Source: Gammaproteobacteria bacterium
GTDB lineage: Bacteria > Pseudomonadota > Gammaproteobacteria > SZUA-229
Direction of reading: 5' to 3'
Length of the DNA: 64,000 nucleotides
Assembly: GCA_015488885.1 (NCBI GenBank)
Contig: WFMW01000018.1
Coordinates: 888 to 64,887 of the forward strand
Every line of letters begins with the position of its first letter. Position 1 is the first letter of the stretch. Below the pieces are notes generated by a model that saw only the letters and a list, made by a program, of their open reading frames with translations, did not search any database and had not been told where the DNA came from. Shown here piece after piece: positions 1 through 10,389 of the stretch. The translations under genes and the position numbers were made by a program.

Positions 1-787
1 GAATAAGAATTTCCGCCGCACGCGAGCGGTCGACTCTGCCGCCTGAACGTAAACAGCCACGCTTGCGCCCTATTGCATCCAGTAGCTCAACGGATGATTC
101 AGGCAGTTTTTGCAAACGAAACCGTTTCTTTAATCCTTGCGGGCAGGCATGTAACAGATAAGCGGCGGCATAATCGGCAATATCTTCGAAATCAATCGCG
201 GTATTTTTTATTGCCCCGGTTATAGCCAGACGATAACTGCTGTTCTCATTGTCTATTTTAGGCCAGAGTATGCCCGGCGTGTCGGCCAGGCTGATGCCGT
301 CACCGAGCATAATACGCTGTTGTGGTAATGAAACATTTTTGGTCACTGCCGGTTCATCACCGACTTTTGCCGCGACCTTACCGGCCAGTATATTAATGAT
401 GGTTGACTTGCCGACATTGGGAATGCCCATTACCATCAAGCGAATATTTTTTGCTGCCGTGTTACGCTGTGGCAGCATTTTCTGACATAAAGCCGGTATT
501 TTTTTTATTGCTGCCGGTGCCTGCATGGATACGGCCAGGGCTTTAACCCCCTGCTGTTTTTCCAGATATTGCAACCAGCGTTGGGTGATAAGCGGGTCGG
601 CCAGGTCATATTTATTTAATAATTTAATGCAGGGGCGGTGTTTGCGTAACGCGGCAACCATCGGGTTTTCACTGCTGAATGGAATACGCGCATCCATGAC
701 CTCAATTACCAGATCAATATCGGGCATGGTTTCAGCGATTTTGCGGCGGGCTTTATGCATATGCCCTGGATACCATTGTACAGCCAT
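1..787 (-). CDS. ylqF: Ribosome biogenesis GTPase YlqF/RbgA (3' end runs off the window; not in ORF track)
   Basis: Manual translation from ATG at 787: MAVQWYPGHMHKARR, EVMDARIP, NKYD (G4), GIPNVGKST (G1), DTPG (G3), i.e. circularly permuted GTPase order. Confidence 0.95.
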   Translation of the reverse strand, partial: MAVQWYPGHMHKARRKIAETMPDIDLVIEVMDARIPFSSENPMVAALRKHRPCIKLLNKYDLADPLITQRWLQYLEKQQGVKALAVSMQAPAAIKKIPALCQKMLPQRNTAAKNIRLMVMGIPNVGKSTIINILAGKVAAKVGDEPAVTKNVSLPQQRIMLGDGISLADTPGILWPKIDNENSSYRLAITGAIKNTAIDFEDIADYAAAYLLHACPQGLKKRFRLQKLPESSVELLDAIGRKRGCLRSGGRVDRSRAAEILI

Positions 788-826
788 AAAATTTTGCAAC
801 AGAAAGTGAAGGATGAAATATTCGGC

Positions 827-3097
827 TTAACGAGTTTGCCGCATAGTATGTTCTATGGCAATGGCACTCATATTAACCAGACCACGAACCGTGGTAGATT
901 GTGCCACAACATGGACAGACTTTTCCATCCCCATCAACACCGGGCCGATAAGCACACCACCACCAAGTATTTTCAATAGATTGGCAGCTATATTTGCCGC
1001 GTCCACATTAGGCATAACCAGCAGGTTGGCACTGCCCTTGAGTTTTGAACCCGGATAAAAGCGCCTGCGAATTGTTTCAGACAAAGCTGCATCGGCATGC
1101 ATTTCACCATCCACTTCCAGCGTGGGAGCAAGCTGATGCAGTTTAATCACAGCCTGCCTGACTTTTATGGCCGACTCATCGGCCAGTGAACCAAAATTGG
1201 AATGCGAAACCAGGGCGACTTTAGGGGTAATCCCAAAATGTCGAATTTCTTCAGCTGCCAGCAATGTCGCTTCGACCAGTTCATCCGGGGACGGGTTGCT
1301 GGTGACATGAACATCACACAGAAACAGGGTTTTGCCAGGTAACAAATGTGCCACCAGTGTCGATGCCTGCGTCACCCCCGGCGCTTTATCAATAACTGCC
1401 ATGATCGCATTAAGATGATGTCGGAAGCGACCAACCACGCCTGCAATCATCGCATCGGCATAACCTTCCCTGACCAGCAAGGCGGCAAATACCGCCGTGG
1501 TGTTGCGCACGACATATTCCGCCGCTTCCGGGGGTACGCCATTACGCCCCATTAACCGGTGATAGGTGGCAACATAATGGTTTAAGCCGGAAAAGGTCTG
1601 TGGATCGATAATTTCAATATCTTTATCCACGTTGATACGCAGGCCGAGTTTATGCATACGTTTCACAATAATTTCTTTATGGCCAATCAGTACAGGGCGG
1701 GCAATACGATTATCAACAACCTGCTGGGCAGCCTGTAAGACACGGTTATCTTCACCTTCTGCAAACACCAGTTTCCTGCCACTATCACAGACATGATCAA
1801 ATATCGGGCGCATAAAAAACCCGCTATGATAATTAAAGTTTTGCAGCTTGAGGCGATATTCATATAAATTTTTAATGGGCCGGGTTGCCACGCCGCTATC
1901 CATGGCTGCCCGGGCGACCGCGCATGGCAGTTCCACCATCAGCCGGGGATCAAAAGGTTTGGGAATCAGATAGTCGCGGCCAAAGATATCCGCCTTGCCA
2001 CCATACGCCTTGATGACCTGCTCTGAACTTTCCTGTTGCACCAGCCTGGACAACGCATTAACACAGGCAAGTTTCATGGCTTCATTAATGGTGGTCGCGC
2101 CTACATCCAGCGCGCCACGAAAGATAAACGGAAAGCACAGCACATTATTGACCTGGTTGGGATAATCGGAACGACCGGTACAGATCAAGGCATCCGGGCG
2201 GGTCTGCCTGACCAGTTCGGGAGATATTTCCGGATCCGGGTTTGCCAGTGCCAACACCAATGGATCTTTGGCCATTTTTTTCAGCATGGCGGGTTTTAAT
2301 ACATTGGCTGCCGACAAACCCAGAAAAATATCCGCACCTGCAATCACCTCATCCAGGGTGCGTGCATCGGTATCGACAGCAAATGCCGATTTCCATTTAT
2401 CCATTTGCTGCGTGCGCCCCTGATAGACCACGCCGACAATATCGGTAACAATAATATTTTCGCGGGGCAAACCCGCACTGAGCAGCTGATTTAAACAGGC
2501 CAGCGCGGCCGCACCGGCACCTGAAGTCACCAGGCGAATATCACTAATGGTTTTATTAACCACCTTCAATGCACTTAATACGGCTGCCGCAACAATAATG
2601 GCCGTGCCGTGCTGGTCATCGTGAAACACCGGAATATGCATCCGCTCACGTAACGCCTGCTCAATTTCAAAACATTCGGGTGCTTTAATATCTTCCAGAT
2701 TAATACCGCCAAAGGTTGGCTCAAGACTTGATACCGTTTCTACGAATTGTTCTATATTGGGTTGATTTATTTCAATATCAAAGACATCAATACCGGAGAA
2801 TTTTTTGAATAGAACCGCTTTGCCTTCCATCACCGGTTTGGCTGCCAGTGGGCCAATATTGCCCAGACCAAGCACCGCACTGCCATTGGTAATCACCCCG
2901 ACCAGATTGGAACGAATGGTAAAATGCGCGACCTGACTGGCATCCGCCATAATCGCTTCACAGGTGGCGGCAACACCGGGGGAATAGGCCAGCCCTAAAT
3001 CATGTTGATTCGCCAGTGGTTTGGTCGAGCTGATTTCCAGCTTACCTGGAGTCGGGTATTGATGATAGTCCAGTGCGTCCTGATCCAGCTCTGACAT
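827..3097 (-). CDS. maeB: NADP-dependent malic enzyme with C-terminal phosphotransacetylase-like domain
   Basis: 756 aa; [53 protein letters not shown]; PTA-like domain FAEGED...DGEMHAD. Confidence 0.96.
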   Translation of the reverse strand: MSELDQDALDYHQYPTPGKLEISSTKPLANQHDLGLAYSPGVAATCEAIMADASQVAHFTIRSNLVGVITNGSAVLGLGNIGPLAAKPVMEGKAVLFKKFSGIDVFDIEINQPNIEQFVETVSSLEPTFGGINLEDIKAPECFEIEQALRERMHIPVFHDDQHGTAIIVAAAVLSALKVVNKTISDIRLVTSGAGAAALACLNQLLSAGLPRENIIVTDIVGVVYQGRTQQMDKWKSAFAVDTDARTLDEVIAGADIFLGLSAANVLKPAMLKKMAKDPLVLALANPDPEISPELVRQTRPDALICTGRSDYPNQVNNVLCFPFIFRGALDVGATTINEAMKLACVNALSRLVQQESSEQVIKAYGGKADIFGRDYLIPKPFDPRLMVELPCAVARAAMDSGVATRPIKNLYEYRLKLQNFNYHSGFFMRPIFDHVCDSGRKLVFAEGEDNRVLQAAQQVVDNRIARPVLIGHKEIIVKRMHKLGLRINVDKDIEIIDPQTFSGLNHYVATYHRLMGRNGVPPEAAEYVVRNTTAVFAALLVREGYADAMIAGVVGRFRHHLNAIMAVIDKAPGVTQASTLVAHLLPGKTLFLCDVHVTSNPSPDELVEATLLAAEEIRHFGITPKVALVSHSNFGSLADESAIKVRQAVIKLHQLAPTLEVDGEMHADAALSETIRRRFYPGSKLKGSANLLVMPNVDAANIAANLLKILGGGVLIGPVLMGMEKSVHVVAQSTTVRGLVNMSAIAIEHTMRQTR

Positions 3098-3185
3098 AGC
3101 GTGCCCTCTACCTGATATTGATCATACCCTGTTAGTGTAGAAGTTTATTGACAAGTTTTTGAGATCGGGAAAATAAATAAGACAT

Positions 3186-3210
3186 TCTGACTGAGTTTTA
3201 TTCAGTCAGA
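3186..3210. terminator. Stem-loop downstream of the ACP gene
   Basis: TCTGACTGA-N7-TCAGTCAGA, perfect 9-bp stem. Confidence 0.5.
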
Positions 3211-3279
3211 TTTATTCATCCCTGCTCCATTCATCCTGGCTCCATTATGGCAGGCTGTTAACGGCACCATAAAGATGCA

Positions 3280-3519
3280 TCAGGCCGCTGCATTCTGACG
3301 TAATTCATCAATTTTTACCACAATATCATTTACTGTTTGCATTTTTTCTATCAACTCATTGGGTATTTCAATGTCGTACTCTTCTTCAAGATCATAAAGA
3401 ACAGTAATGGCCTTCAGTGAATCAAGACCGAGTGATGCCAATGGTGAATCAGGTTTTATTTTCTCAACGGGGCAATTGGCGGTAGTACTTATTATTTCGG
3501 CTACTTTGGAAAATATCAT
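3280..3519 (-). CDS. Acyl carrier protein (accessory, not in a fab operon)
   Basis: 79 aa, acidic; LGLDSL phosphopantetheine Ser motif, LEEEYDIEIP. Confidence 0.9.
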   Translation of the reverse strand: MIFSKVAEIISTTANCPVEKIKPDSPLASLGLDSLKAITVLYDLEEEYDIEIPNELIEKMQTVNDIVVKIDELRQNAAA

Positions 3520-3879
3520 GGTTTTTTACATCGCTATCATTTCATTATATTAAGAGCATAAAAATATAATAACAATTCATTATTGAATCTTTTAAAGATT
3601 AGATGCATTATTATATTCAGCAATATTAACATTGAAAATAAAAATAACAAAGAAATTTACATCTATTTACATTTTAAACTTAACGTTTTACTTAAACAGC
3701 ATAACCTTAACATTGTTTTATAAAATATTGATTATATTCCCTTGACATCAGTTATGAAAAAGCGTTTTATAACACATAGGGATTAATCTAAAATAAGTGT
3801 ATAGCCCAATCCAATAAGGAATCTCTAAATAAATATTGAGCAGAATTTTAAAGTTAGTTTAGTAAAGAGCATAAGATTC

Positions 3880-4926
3880 ATGAATTTTGATTCCGACTCG
3901 TTATCTTCACACAGTGAAATTGATAACAATGGCAAGTTAACAACCAATGTCAACTTTACCCAGTTCAGCACACGCTATGACTGTAAAACCCGAACCATCT
4001 GGTGCTGGTTACAGCCCAAACCTCGCCCCTGTCTTAACCCGACCCTGATAAGTGAACTTGAGCAACTACAGTGCCGCTTAAAAAATATTTATACGCATCA
4101 GCGAGATAATTCAGCCTGGCAGTTTAAACATCTCATCCTGGCTTCACGCTCGCCGGATATTTTTAATCTCGGTGGCGACCTGGGTTTATTCAAGGAACTC
4201 ATTGTTAAAAAAGATGAAATTAACCTGCAGCAATATGCCTATCGTTGTATTCAGTTGCTGCACCAGAATATTATTAACCTGGACCTGCCCATTACGATTA
4301 TCTCACTGATTCAGGGTCAGGCATTGGGTGGTGGCTTTGAATGCGCACTTTCCTGTGATGTTATTATTGCCGAACGGGGTACGCAGATGGGCTTTCCGGA
4401 AATTCTGTTTAACCTGTTCCCGGGTATGGGTGCCTATAACTTGCTCGCCAGGCGTATTGGCCCCGGCCTTGCTGAGCGTATGATATTAAGTGGCCAGACC
4501 TATAGCGCAGAAGAGTTATATGAAATGGGTGTTGTGGATGTACTGGCTGATAAAAATCAGGGCATTAAAGCTACTGAACGTTATTTAAAACATCACCAAC
4601 ATGCGCACAACACCATAGAATCAATAAAAAAAGTCAGCAAAATTGTACAGCCTGTCACTGAACAGGATTTAATAGCGATTGTGGATATATGGGTGGAATC
4701 TGCACTGCAATTAACCGATAAAGATCTGAATAAGATGCAGCGCCTTATTGATGCACAAAATACCCTGCATCAAAATAAAATCCATGCGCAGTCAAAACGG
4801 GTTATTCGACAGGGAGAATGGCGTAAAAACGATACCGTCGATTTCCCGTTATTAACACATTTGGGCGAAACAGTTTTACATAATCGCCGCCACAATCAGG
4901 CTGGCCGCCGGGCCGGTAATTTTTAA
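3880..4926 (+). CDS. rpfF: Crotonase-family RpfF-like DSF synthase with C-terminal extension
   Basis: PKPRPCLNP, FNLGGDLGLF, ALGGGFE and GFPEILFNLFPGMGAY (both catalytic Glu present), WVESALQL; about 50 extra C-terminal residues. Confidence 0.85.
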   Translation: MNFDSDSLSSHSEIDNNGKLTTNVNFTQFSTRYDCKTRTIWCWLQPKPRPCLNPTLISELEQLQCRLKNIYTHQRDNSAWQFKHLILASRSPDIFNLGGDLGLFKELIVKKDEINLQQYAYRCIQLLHQNIINLDLPITIISLIQGQALGGGFECALSCDVIIAERGTQMGFPEILFNLFPGMGAYNLLARRIGPGLAERMILSGQTYSAEELYEMGVVDVLADKNQGIKATERYLKHHQHAHNTIESIKKVSKIVQPVTEQDLIAIVDIWVESALQLTDKDLNKMQRLIDAQNTLHQNKIHAQSKRVIRQGEWRKNDTVDFPLLTHLGETVLHNRRHNQAGRRAGNF

Positions 4927-4982
4927 GCCCTATACTTTGCCCGGAGAAAAGTACCAATAATGGCAGCACGCAGCAAAAATAA

Positions 4983-5345
4983 ATGTCTGCCTTAATTTTC
5001 AGGCTGAATAATGTTCCCGAGGACGAAGCTGTCGATGTCCGACAGCTATTGGATGATAACGATATAGATTATTATGAAACCTCGGCAGGTAACTGGGGGA
5101 TTTCCATGCCTGCCATCTGGGTCAGACAAAAAAATCAGGTCGATCAGGCAAAACGGCTTATTGAGAACTATGAACAACAGCGTTACCTGCAGGCACAGCA
5201 GGATTATCAAAACAGAAAAAACCATGGCCAACAGCAAACATTATTAACCAGCTTTTTACAGGCACCCATACGTTTTCTTGTTTATTTTTCTGCTATTATT
5301 TTAATATTATATTTATCGTTTAAATTTATTTATGAACTGGCATAA
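4983..5345 (+). CDS. DUF6164-like small membrane-anchored protein
   Basis: FRLNNVPEDEA, YYETSAGNWGISMPAIWV; one C-terminal TM helix. Confidence 0.75.
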   Translation: MSALIFRLNNVPEDEAVDVRQLLDDNDIDYYETSAGNWGISMPAIWVRQKNQVDQAKRLIENYEQQRYLQAQQDYQNRKNHGQQQTLLTSFLQAPIRFLVYFSAIILILYLSFKFIYELA

Positions 5346-5397
5346 TAGTAAATAGCTTTATTTTATCCAGAGCTATAGAACGTTTATTACTGGCGGT

Positions 5398-6795
5398 TTA
5401 CCAGACAAAGAACATCATTACCCAGCTCAAACCCACCAGGCTGCTAGTTGTCATAATAACTGCCCAGGCAGCCAGTTGTTGCCTGCTGGTAGCTTTGCTT
5501 TGTATCAGTTTCTGCCTTAACAGGTAACCACTCCAGAGATAAGCCAGCACTAACAGCGCTATGCGTAAAGCCGGTACGCCCATCAATACAATATGTTCAC
5601 TTTTTATCATACTCAACGTTAACCCGGTCAAACCAAGAAAAACGCTGAGGCCAGCCAGTGGCGTAAGTGCATAACCCAGTGACCAGGGAATCGGCTTTTT
5701 ATATTTCAGAATACGAGCGGCCAGCCACAGGCCAGCAAAAATAAGCCCGCCTACACAGATTGTAGTGCCAGCCAGGTATAATAATATACTGAGGCCATCG
5801 AGCCAGCTAAACACATCGTTGGTTTGCGGGTAGTGTGTCAGCAACCACCATGGGGCATTATCATCCAGCATCCACATTATATTATGATTGATCAGCCAGG
5901 CTGCCAGGCTTTGTTTCATTGCCACAAACCAGGGTGATGCTGACCACTGAAAAGCACCGGTGGCAACACCTAACATGCCAAATAATAATAAGAAAATATC
6001 CCAGTGACTGGATGTTTTGTCATCAATGGAAAGTATTTCTGTATTGGCTGAGCGTGCCTGTAGCGCTACCGCATCACGATGGCCGCTGCAACGCCCACAC
6101 ATATGGCAGGCACTATCACCCGTCATGGTACGAATACTGATTAACGGTGCACAATCCACCGCTGGTGTCCGTCGAGGAGCTTGATCCCAGGCCTCACGAT
6201 CAACCTGAAAATGCACGGGTGCCAAACGCGATAACAGTGAAAAGACCCCATTTGCCGGGCACAGGGAACGACACCATACACGTTTGCCACGTCCGTAAAT
6301 AAAACCAACGATCATTGCCGCCACCGTCGAACCACCAAGAATCAATAATGCTGCTTTGGGGTATTCGTATACACTGATTAACTGGCCATAAATCGTTGTC
6401 GTCATAAAAGCAACAAACGGCCAGCCACCCCAGCGCATCCAGCGAGGGATCGCCCGTCCCAGACCATGACGGCTCGACCACTCACTCAACGCCCCTTCGG
6501 GACAGAAGACACCACACCAGACCCGCCCCAGCAGAACCATACTGAGCATGACAAATGGCCACCAGATTCCCCAGAATATAAACTGCGCAAACAAAACCAT
6601 GTTTTGATAAAAGTGTACATAATCTTTTGGCATTGGTAGCAACGCCGGCCAGATCAGCAAACCAAGATAGAAGACAACAACAGCCCACTGTATGCTCTGA
6701 ATCAGACCACGCCTGGCTTGCATAAAGTCACCCAGTCGTTGCAGTAACGGCCGCGGCTGACAGGGTAATTGTGTTGTCATTTCGTTCATGAACAA
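5398..6795 (-). CDS. ftrD: Polyferredoxin-like 4Fe-4S membrane protein FtrD
   Basis: GRVWCGVFCPEG, WCRSLCP, CHMCGRC; many TM helices; last gene of the ftr operon. Confidence 0.85.
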   Translation of the reverse strand: MFMNEMTTQLPCQPRPLLQRLGDFMQARRGLIQSIQWAVVVFYLGLLIWPALLPMPKDYVHFYQNMVLFAQFIFWGIWWPFVMLSMVLLGRVWCGVFCPEGALSEWSSRHGLGRAIPRWMRWGGWPFVAFMTTTIYGQLISVYEYPKAALLILGGSTVAAMIVGFIYGRGKRVWCRSLCPANGVFSLLSRLAPVHFQVDREAWDQAPRRTPAVDCAPLISIRTMTGDSACHMCGRCSGHRDAVALQARSANTEILSIDDKTSSHWDIFLLLFGMLGVATGAFQWSASPWFVAMKQSLAAWLINHNIMWMLDDNAPWWLLTHYPQTNDVFSWLDGLSILLYLAGTTICVGGLIFAGLWLAARILKYKKPIPWSLGYALTPLAGLSVFLGLTGLTLSMIKSEHIVLMGVPALRIALLVLAYLWSGYLLRQKLIQSKATSRQQLAAWAVIMTTSSLVGLSWVMMFFVW

Positions 6796-7655
6796 CCCCG
6801 TTTTTTCACCGAGGCGGACTGACTGGAACGCTGTAACAAAACACCAACCACAATCCAGTAGCTAATATAAGTTAGCAATATTGTTAATGCCGGTTGTGAG
6901 CGATATCCGGTGAAAGATGCCACAACGCCACCCAAACGACTACTGTCATCCAGTAAAAAACTGCTGTTCCATACAGGATCAATCACTGCAGGAATCCAGC
7001 CAAGACCAATCATTCTGTCTACCCCGTCAATAACTAATGCAGCAGCCAGTAGTAACAATAAAGTTTCACTAAAACGGAAAAATAATCGCCAGGAAAAAAA
7101 ACGGGTACTGCGTGATAATAGCCAGAAAGTAAGAAAGGCAAGCATAAAACCACTGGCCGCCGACACAATAAAAGACATTAAACCATGGTTATTAGCCAGC
7201 CCGGCACCGTATAGAAAAATGACTGTTTCAGCCCCTTCCCGGCCAACTGCAATAGCAGCCAGCGTAGACATACCCCACCAGTTTGCCTGCTCACGTGCTC
7301 GTTGCAAACCCGATTCAAGATCGCTTTTAAGGGTACGACCGTGGCGGCGCATCCATAACACCATTTGCACAATCAAAACTGCAGCAATGAGCATAATGGC
7401 AATCTGGAAGTCTTCCAGTGCTTCACCTGCCAGTTCACTTTGTATGCTTAACATTATAAAAGCCAGAGCAGACGCTAAAACGATGCCGGCCACGACTCCT
7501 GCCCACAAAAAACGCATGCCTGTTCTGGCTTCTACTGGATTATCACAGGCCTGATTTTTTAACCAGGTATATAAAATGCCAATAACCAGCATAGCCTCAA
7601 TACTTTCGCGCCAGACAATAAAAATTGTGTTACTCATAAAAAAAGTATTACTCAT
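6786..7655 (-). CDS. ftrC: FTR1-family iron permease FtrC
   Basis: Two RExxE motifs (RESIE, REGAE). The true start may be the second Met at 7637 because of an 18-bp duplication (MSNTFF-MSNTIF). Confidence 0.92.
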   Translation of the reverse strand: MSNTFFMSNTIFIVWRESIEAMLVIGILYTWLKNQACDNPVEARTGMRFLWAGVVAGIVLASALAFIMLSIQSELAGEALEDFQIAIMLIAAVLIVQMVLWMRRHGRTLKSDLESGLQRAREQANWWGMSTLAAIAVGREGAETVIFLYGAGLANNHGLMSFIVSAASGFMLAFLTFWLLSRSTRFFSWRLFFRFSETLLLLLAAALVIDGVDRMIGLGWIPAVIDPVWNSSFLLDDSSRLGGVVASFTGYRSQPALTILLTYISYWIVVGVLLQRSSQSASVKKRGCS

Positions 7656-7678
7656 AAAATTTAACTCAACAATAAACC

Positions 7679-8014
7679 TTATTTAACAAAAATAATGCCC
7701 TGTGCTGTTTGCATATGAAACTCACCAAAAAATCGGTATCGACCCGGTTTTAATGGCGCAAAGACCACCGAACGGGTGACTCCCTGAGCAATCACTGACT
7801 CCTTGCGCAGCGCTTTACTTTCAAATTCCTCAGGCCCGGGCCCAAGATTTGAAATTACAATTTTAAAACGTGTATGAGCAGGTACAGTAATCGTTTCCGG
7901 CTGAAAATATCCTGCTTTAATAATCAATTTATAAGCAGGCAAACCCGCCTGGGAAACAGAGCTGAAAAATACGCCGCTAAACAACAAAAATAGTACTGGA
8001 TAAATTTTTTTCAT
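7679..8014 (-). CDS. ftrB: Periplasmic cupredoxin-like protein FtrB
   Basis: Signal peptide; EEFES..LRKE, PLKPGRYRFFGEFH. Confidence 0.88.
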   Translation of the reverse strand: MKKIYPVLFLLFSGVFFSSVSQAGLPAYKLIIKAGYFQPETITVPAHTRFKIVISNLGPGPEEFESKALRKESVIAQGVTRSVVFAPLKPGRYRFFGEFHMQTAQGIIFVK

Positions 8015-8104
8015 TATTCATTAACCTGTCTATACATTTCAGAAAAACTACTTTGCAATAATAATATTGAACAATCCGTTTAAAATTATCCTGAAGACCC
8101 AAAA

Positions 8105-9517
8105 TTAAAAATTCAGCTGGGTTCGCAATCCATAGGCGGTTAGGGTAGTGGCAAGCTGATTACCACCAGGATGGCGAATAAACTGCAAATCGGGTGAAAC
8201 CGTAAACTGCCTGTTAATCCGGTAACGGTAAAAAAGCTCAACAAGCTGTTCAGCACCACTGCGATGAAACCCCACAGGTGTCGTTGATGCCTGTTTGTAT
8301 GCATCACTAATGAATAAGCCACCAACCGCCAGACCTATCGCATCATTGCCCCGATTCCAGTAACTTCCTCCAACATCAACACCAATGGTTAAAGCCCGGT
8401 CAAATTTCACCTGACCTTCAGTTTGCTGTCCATAACGGGCAAACAGAGTTGCATAGTCAGCAACCTTCTGGTCAATGCTTAATCCCAGACCCGCGTGCGT
8501 TTGTCGTTCACCATACAAATTTTCACCCCGACCATTCTGCCAGTAATACACACGATAGTTACCACTCAGACCGACAAAGGGATTCTGATGCGTTGTTGCC
8601 TGCACAATAACAAAAGGTCTGGATAACGAGTTTTCAAAACTGGCGCCTTCACCGGCACCAAAAACCCCTATCGACAATGTGTATTGCTCAGGTTTTAATT
8701 TATTATTAACCCACGCCAGGCGAAAACCCGGGGTAAAACCAAAATCATCAACACCAATATCGCCACCCACATCCAGCAACGGATTATGAAGAAATGCCTG
8801 GTTAATAAAACCCTGTGTTTCATCATCAGCAATAGTATTCTGATCAAAAAAAACGAATGGGTCGATTTTGCCAAAGTTAAATTCCAGATGTTGGCGTGAA
8901 AGATCTGAATTACCCCCCAGAGGTAAGGGTACTTTTAACTGATACCATAACTGTGCCAGCAATACCGTACTGTCTGAAGTATCCGTCCCCGGGCGTTGAA
9001 AACTGGTGCTGTTAACGGAAGCAAACGCACCACCCGGATTTTCTAAACCGGTTCCCTGCCCCATACGAAAATGGGTAAATAGAAAACCTTCTGCTGAACC
9101 AATACTCCCGGCAGGTAAACTCACGGTTACATCTCCACGATAATTTAATTGTGAAGGTTTATGGTTGACAGCAGGTTCACCCGATACGCCCTGTGCAGCC
9201 ATAGTAAAACCGGCACTGGCCTCTATACCCTGAAGAGTTTCAATCGTCCGTGCCGCTTTCCGATGACTATTCGCCAGTGACTCAACCGCTTTTAGACGGG
9301 CTGAAAGTTCGGGCTCATCATTACTGATATACGGTTTATCCAGTGATTTATTTAGTTGGACATTTTCTGACTCCAGTTTTTTGATGCGCTGTTCCATCTG
9401 TCGAAGTCGTTTTTCCAGTGTGGTCGGTGAATTTTCCGCCATTACCGGCAGACTCAGACTGATCATCAATACAACGGTAATAATGCTGAACAGATTGCGC
9501 TGAGACAAACATAGCAT
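8105..9517 (-). CDS. OprB-like porin with N-terminal coiled coil (FtrP-like)
   Basis: Signal peptide, coiled coil, beta-strand pattern, GKIDPFVFFDQN, ELFYRY..SPDLQFI, C-terminal Phe. Confidence 0.85.
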   Translation of the reverse strand: MLCLSQRNLFSIITVVLMISLSLPVMAENSPTTLEKRLRQMEQRIKKLESENVQLNKSLDKPYISNDEPELSARLKAVESLANSHRKAARTIETLQGIEASAGFTMAAQGVSGEPAVNHKPSQLNYRGDVTVSLPAGSIGSAEGFLFTHFRMGQGTGLENPGGAFASVNSTSFQRPGTDTSDSTVLLAQLWYQLKVPLPLGGNSDLSRQHLEFNFGKIDPFVFFDQNTIADDETQGFINQAFLHNPLLDVGGDIGVDDFGFTPGFRLAWVNNKLKPEQYTLSIGVFGAGEGASFENSLSRPFVIVQATTHQNPFVGLSGNYRVYYWQNGRGENLYGERQTHAGLGLSIDQKVADYATLFARYGQQTEGQVKFDRALTIGVDVGGSYWNRGNDAIGLAVGGLFISDAYKQASTTPVGFHRSGAEQLVELFYRYRINRQFTVSPDLQFIRHPGGNQLATTLTAYGLRTQLNF

Positions 9518-9519
9518 GA

Positions 9520-10077
9520 TTAATAACCGCCACGTTTACCAATGCCGGCGTAGATAAAGTTATATTCCACATCAAATGTTTTGAACCACGGACGAACACC
9601 GGTAAGGCGATCTGTATGGCGTCCAAAATGTTCACAACCGGGTTTAACATCTGCATTAGGCGGGTAAATAGTGAATTTAACTTTGTATTTACCCGGCCCC
9701 ATCAACTTGACATTATCACCATAATGCGGGCCATCATTCGCCACCATTGGCATAAAATCACCTTTTATATGTTTATCAGAACCCTGTTTAGTGACATCAT
9801 ATTTCACATGTAGATAAGGTATCCAGTCGCCCTCAGCAAATCCATTAGCGTTAATATCAAGCGCATGAATATCGGCTTCCAGATGAATATCTGATTTTTC
9901 AGAAGGCCGCATCATCCCCGCGGGTTCCATACGTACTGGCTGCAAATAAATGGCGGCAATTTCCATACCATTACGCTGCTCCGGGACACCAACCGGATAT
10001 TCTACTGACCATGCTGGCATACCAATAGAATATAAACAGAGTGTTAACAGAACATTTTTAATATTAAAGTAAGACAT
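9520..10077 (-). CDS. ftrA: Periplasmic Fe/Cu-binding protein FtrA (P19/Tp34 family)
   Basis: IAAIYLQPVRMEP, DIHLEADIHA, PMVANDGPHYGDNV, FGRHTD. Confidence 0.93.
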   Translation of the reverse strand: MSYFNIKNVLLTLCLYSIGMPAWSVEYPVGVPEQRNGMEIAAIYLQPVRMEPAGMMRPSEKSDIHLEADIHALDINANGFAEGDWIPYLHVKYDVTKQGSDKHIKGDFMPMVANDGPHYGDNVKLMGPGKYKVKFTIYPPNADVKPGCEHFGRHTDRLTGVRPWFKTFDVEYNFIYAGIGKRGGY

Positions 10078-10100
10078 AACACAGCTCCATAAATACGAAT

Positions 10101-10120
10101 ATACATGATAATTATTATCG
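10101..10120. promoter_or_regulatory. Fur box upstream of ftrA
   Basis: ATACATGATAATTATTATC matches GATAATGATAATCATTATC at 14/19; 7-1-7 core TGATAAT-T-ATTATCG; about 25 bp upstream of the ftrA start. Confidence 0.8.
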
Positions 10121-10222
10121 TTCGTATATTATAGATTAATGATATATTTGTCAAACAGACTGATAGAGTAAGGTGTAATTAGCACCAGTTCAAAATGCCA
10201 ACTATATGTAACAAGCCTTACC

Positions 10223-10290
10223 GTTAACTTAAGCCCAAGCGGTTAACTTAAGCCCAAGCGGTTAACTTAAGCACAGGCGGTTAACTTAAG
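10223..10290. repeat. 19-bp tandem repeat, about 3.6 copies
   Basis: GTTAACTTAAGCCCAAGCG at 10223 and 10242, GTTAACTTAAGCACAGGCG at 10261, partial copy at 10280. Confidence 0.95.
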
Positions 10291-10389
10291 TCCGATAATT
10301 GAAACAGTCGCCTTCTCTCACAAATCAACTATAATTAGACTGATTGTCTATTTACAAATATTTACATAAAAAATTCATAATAAAAATAA

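Noticed and set aside
10223-10290. 19-bp array as a CRISPR array or plasmid iterons
   Set aside because: Units are contiguous with no unique spacers; no cas or rep gene in the window
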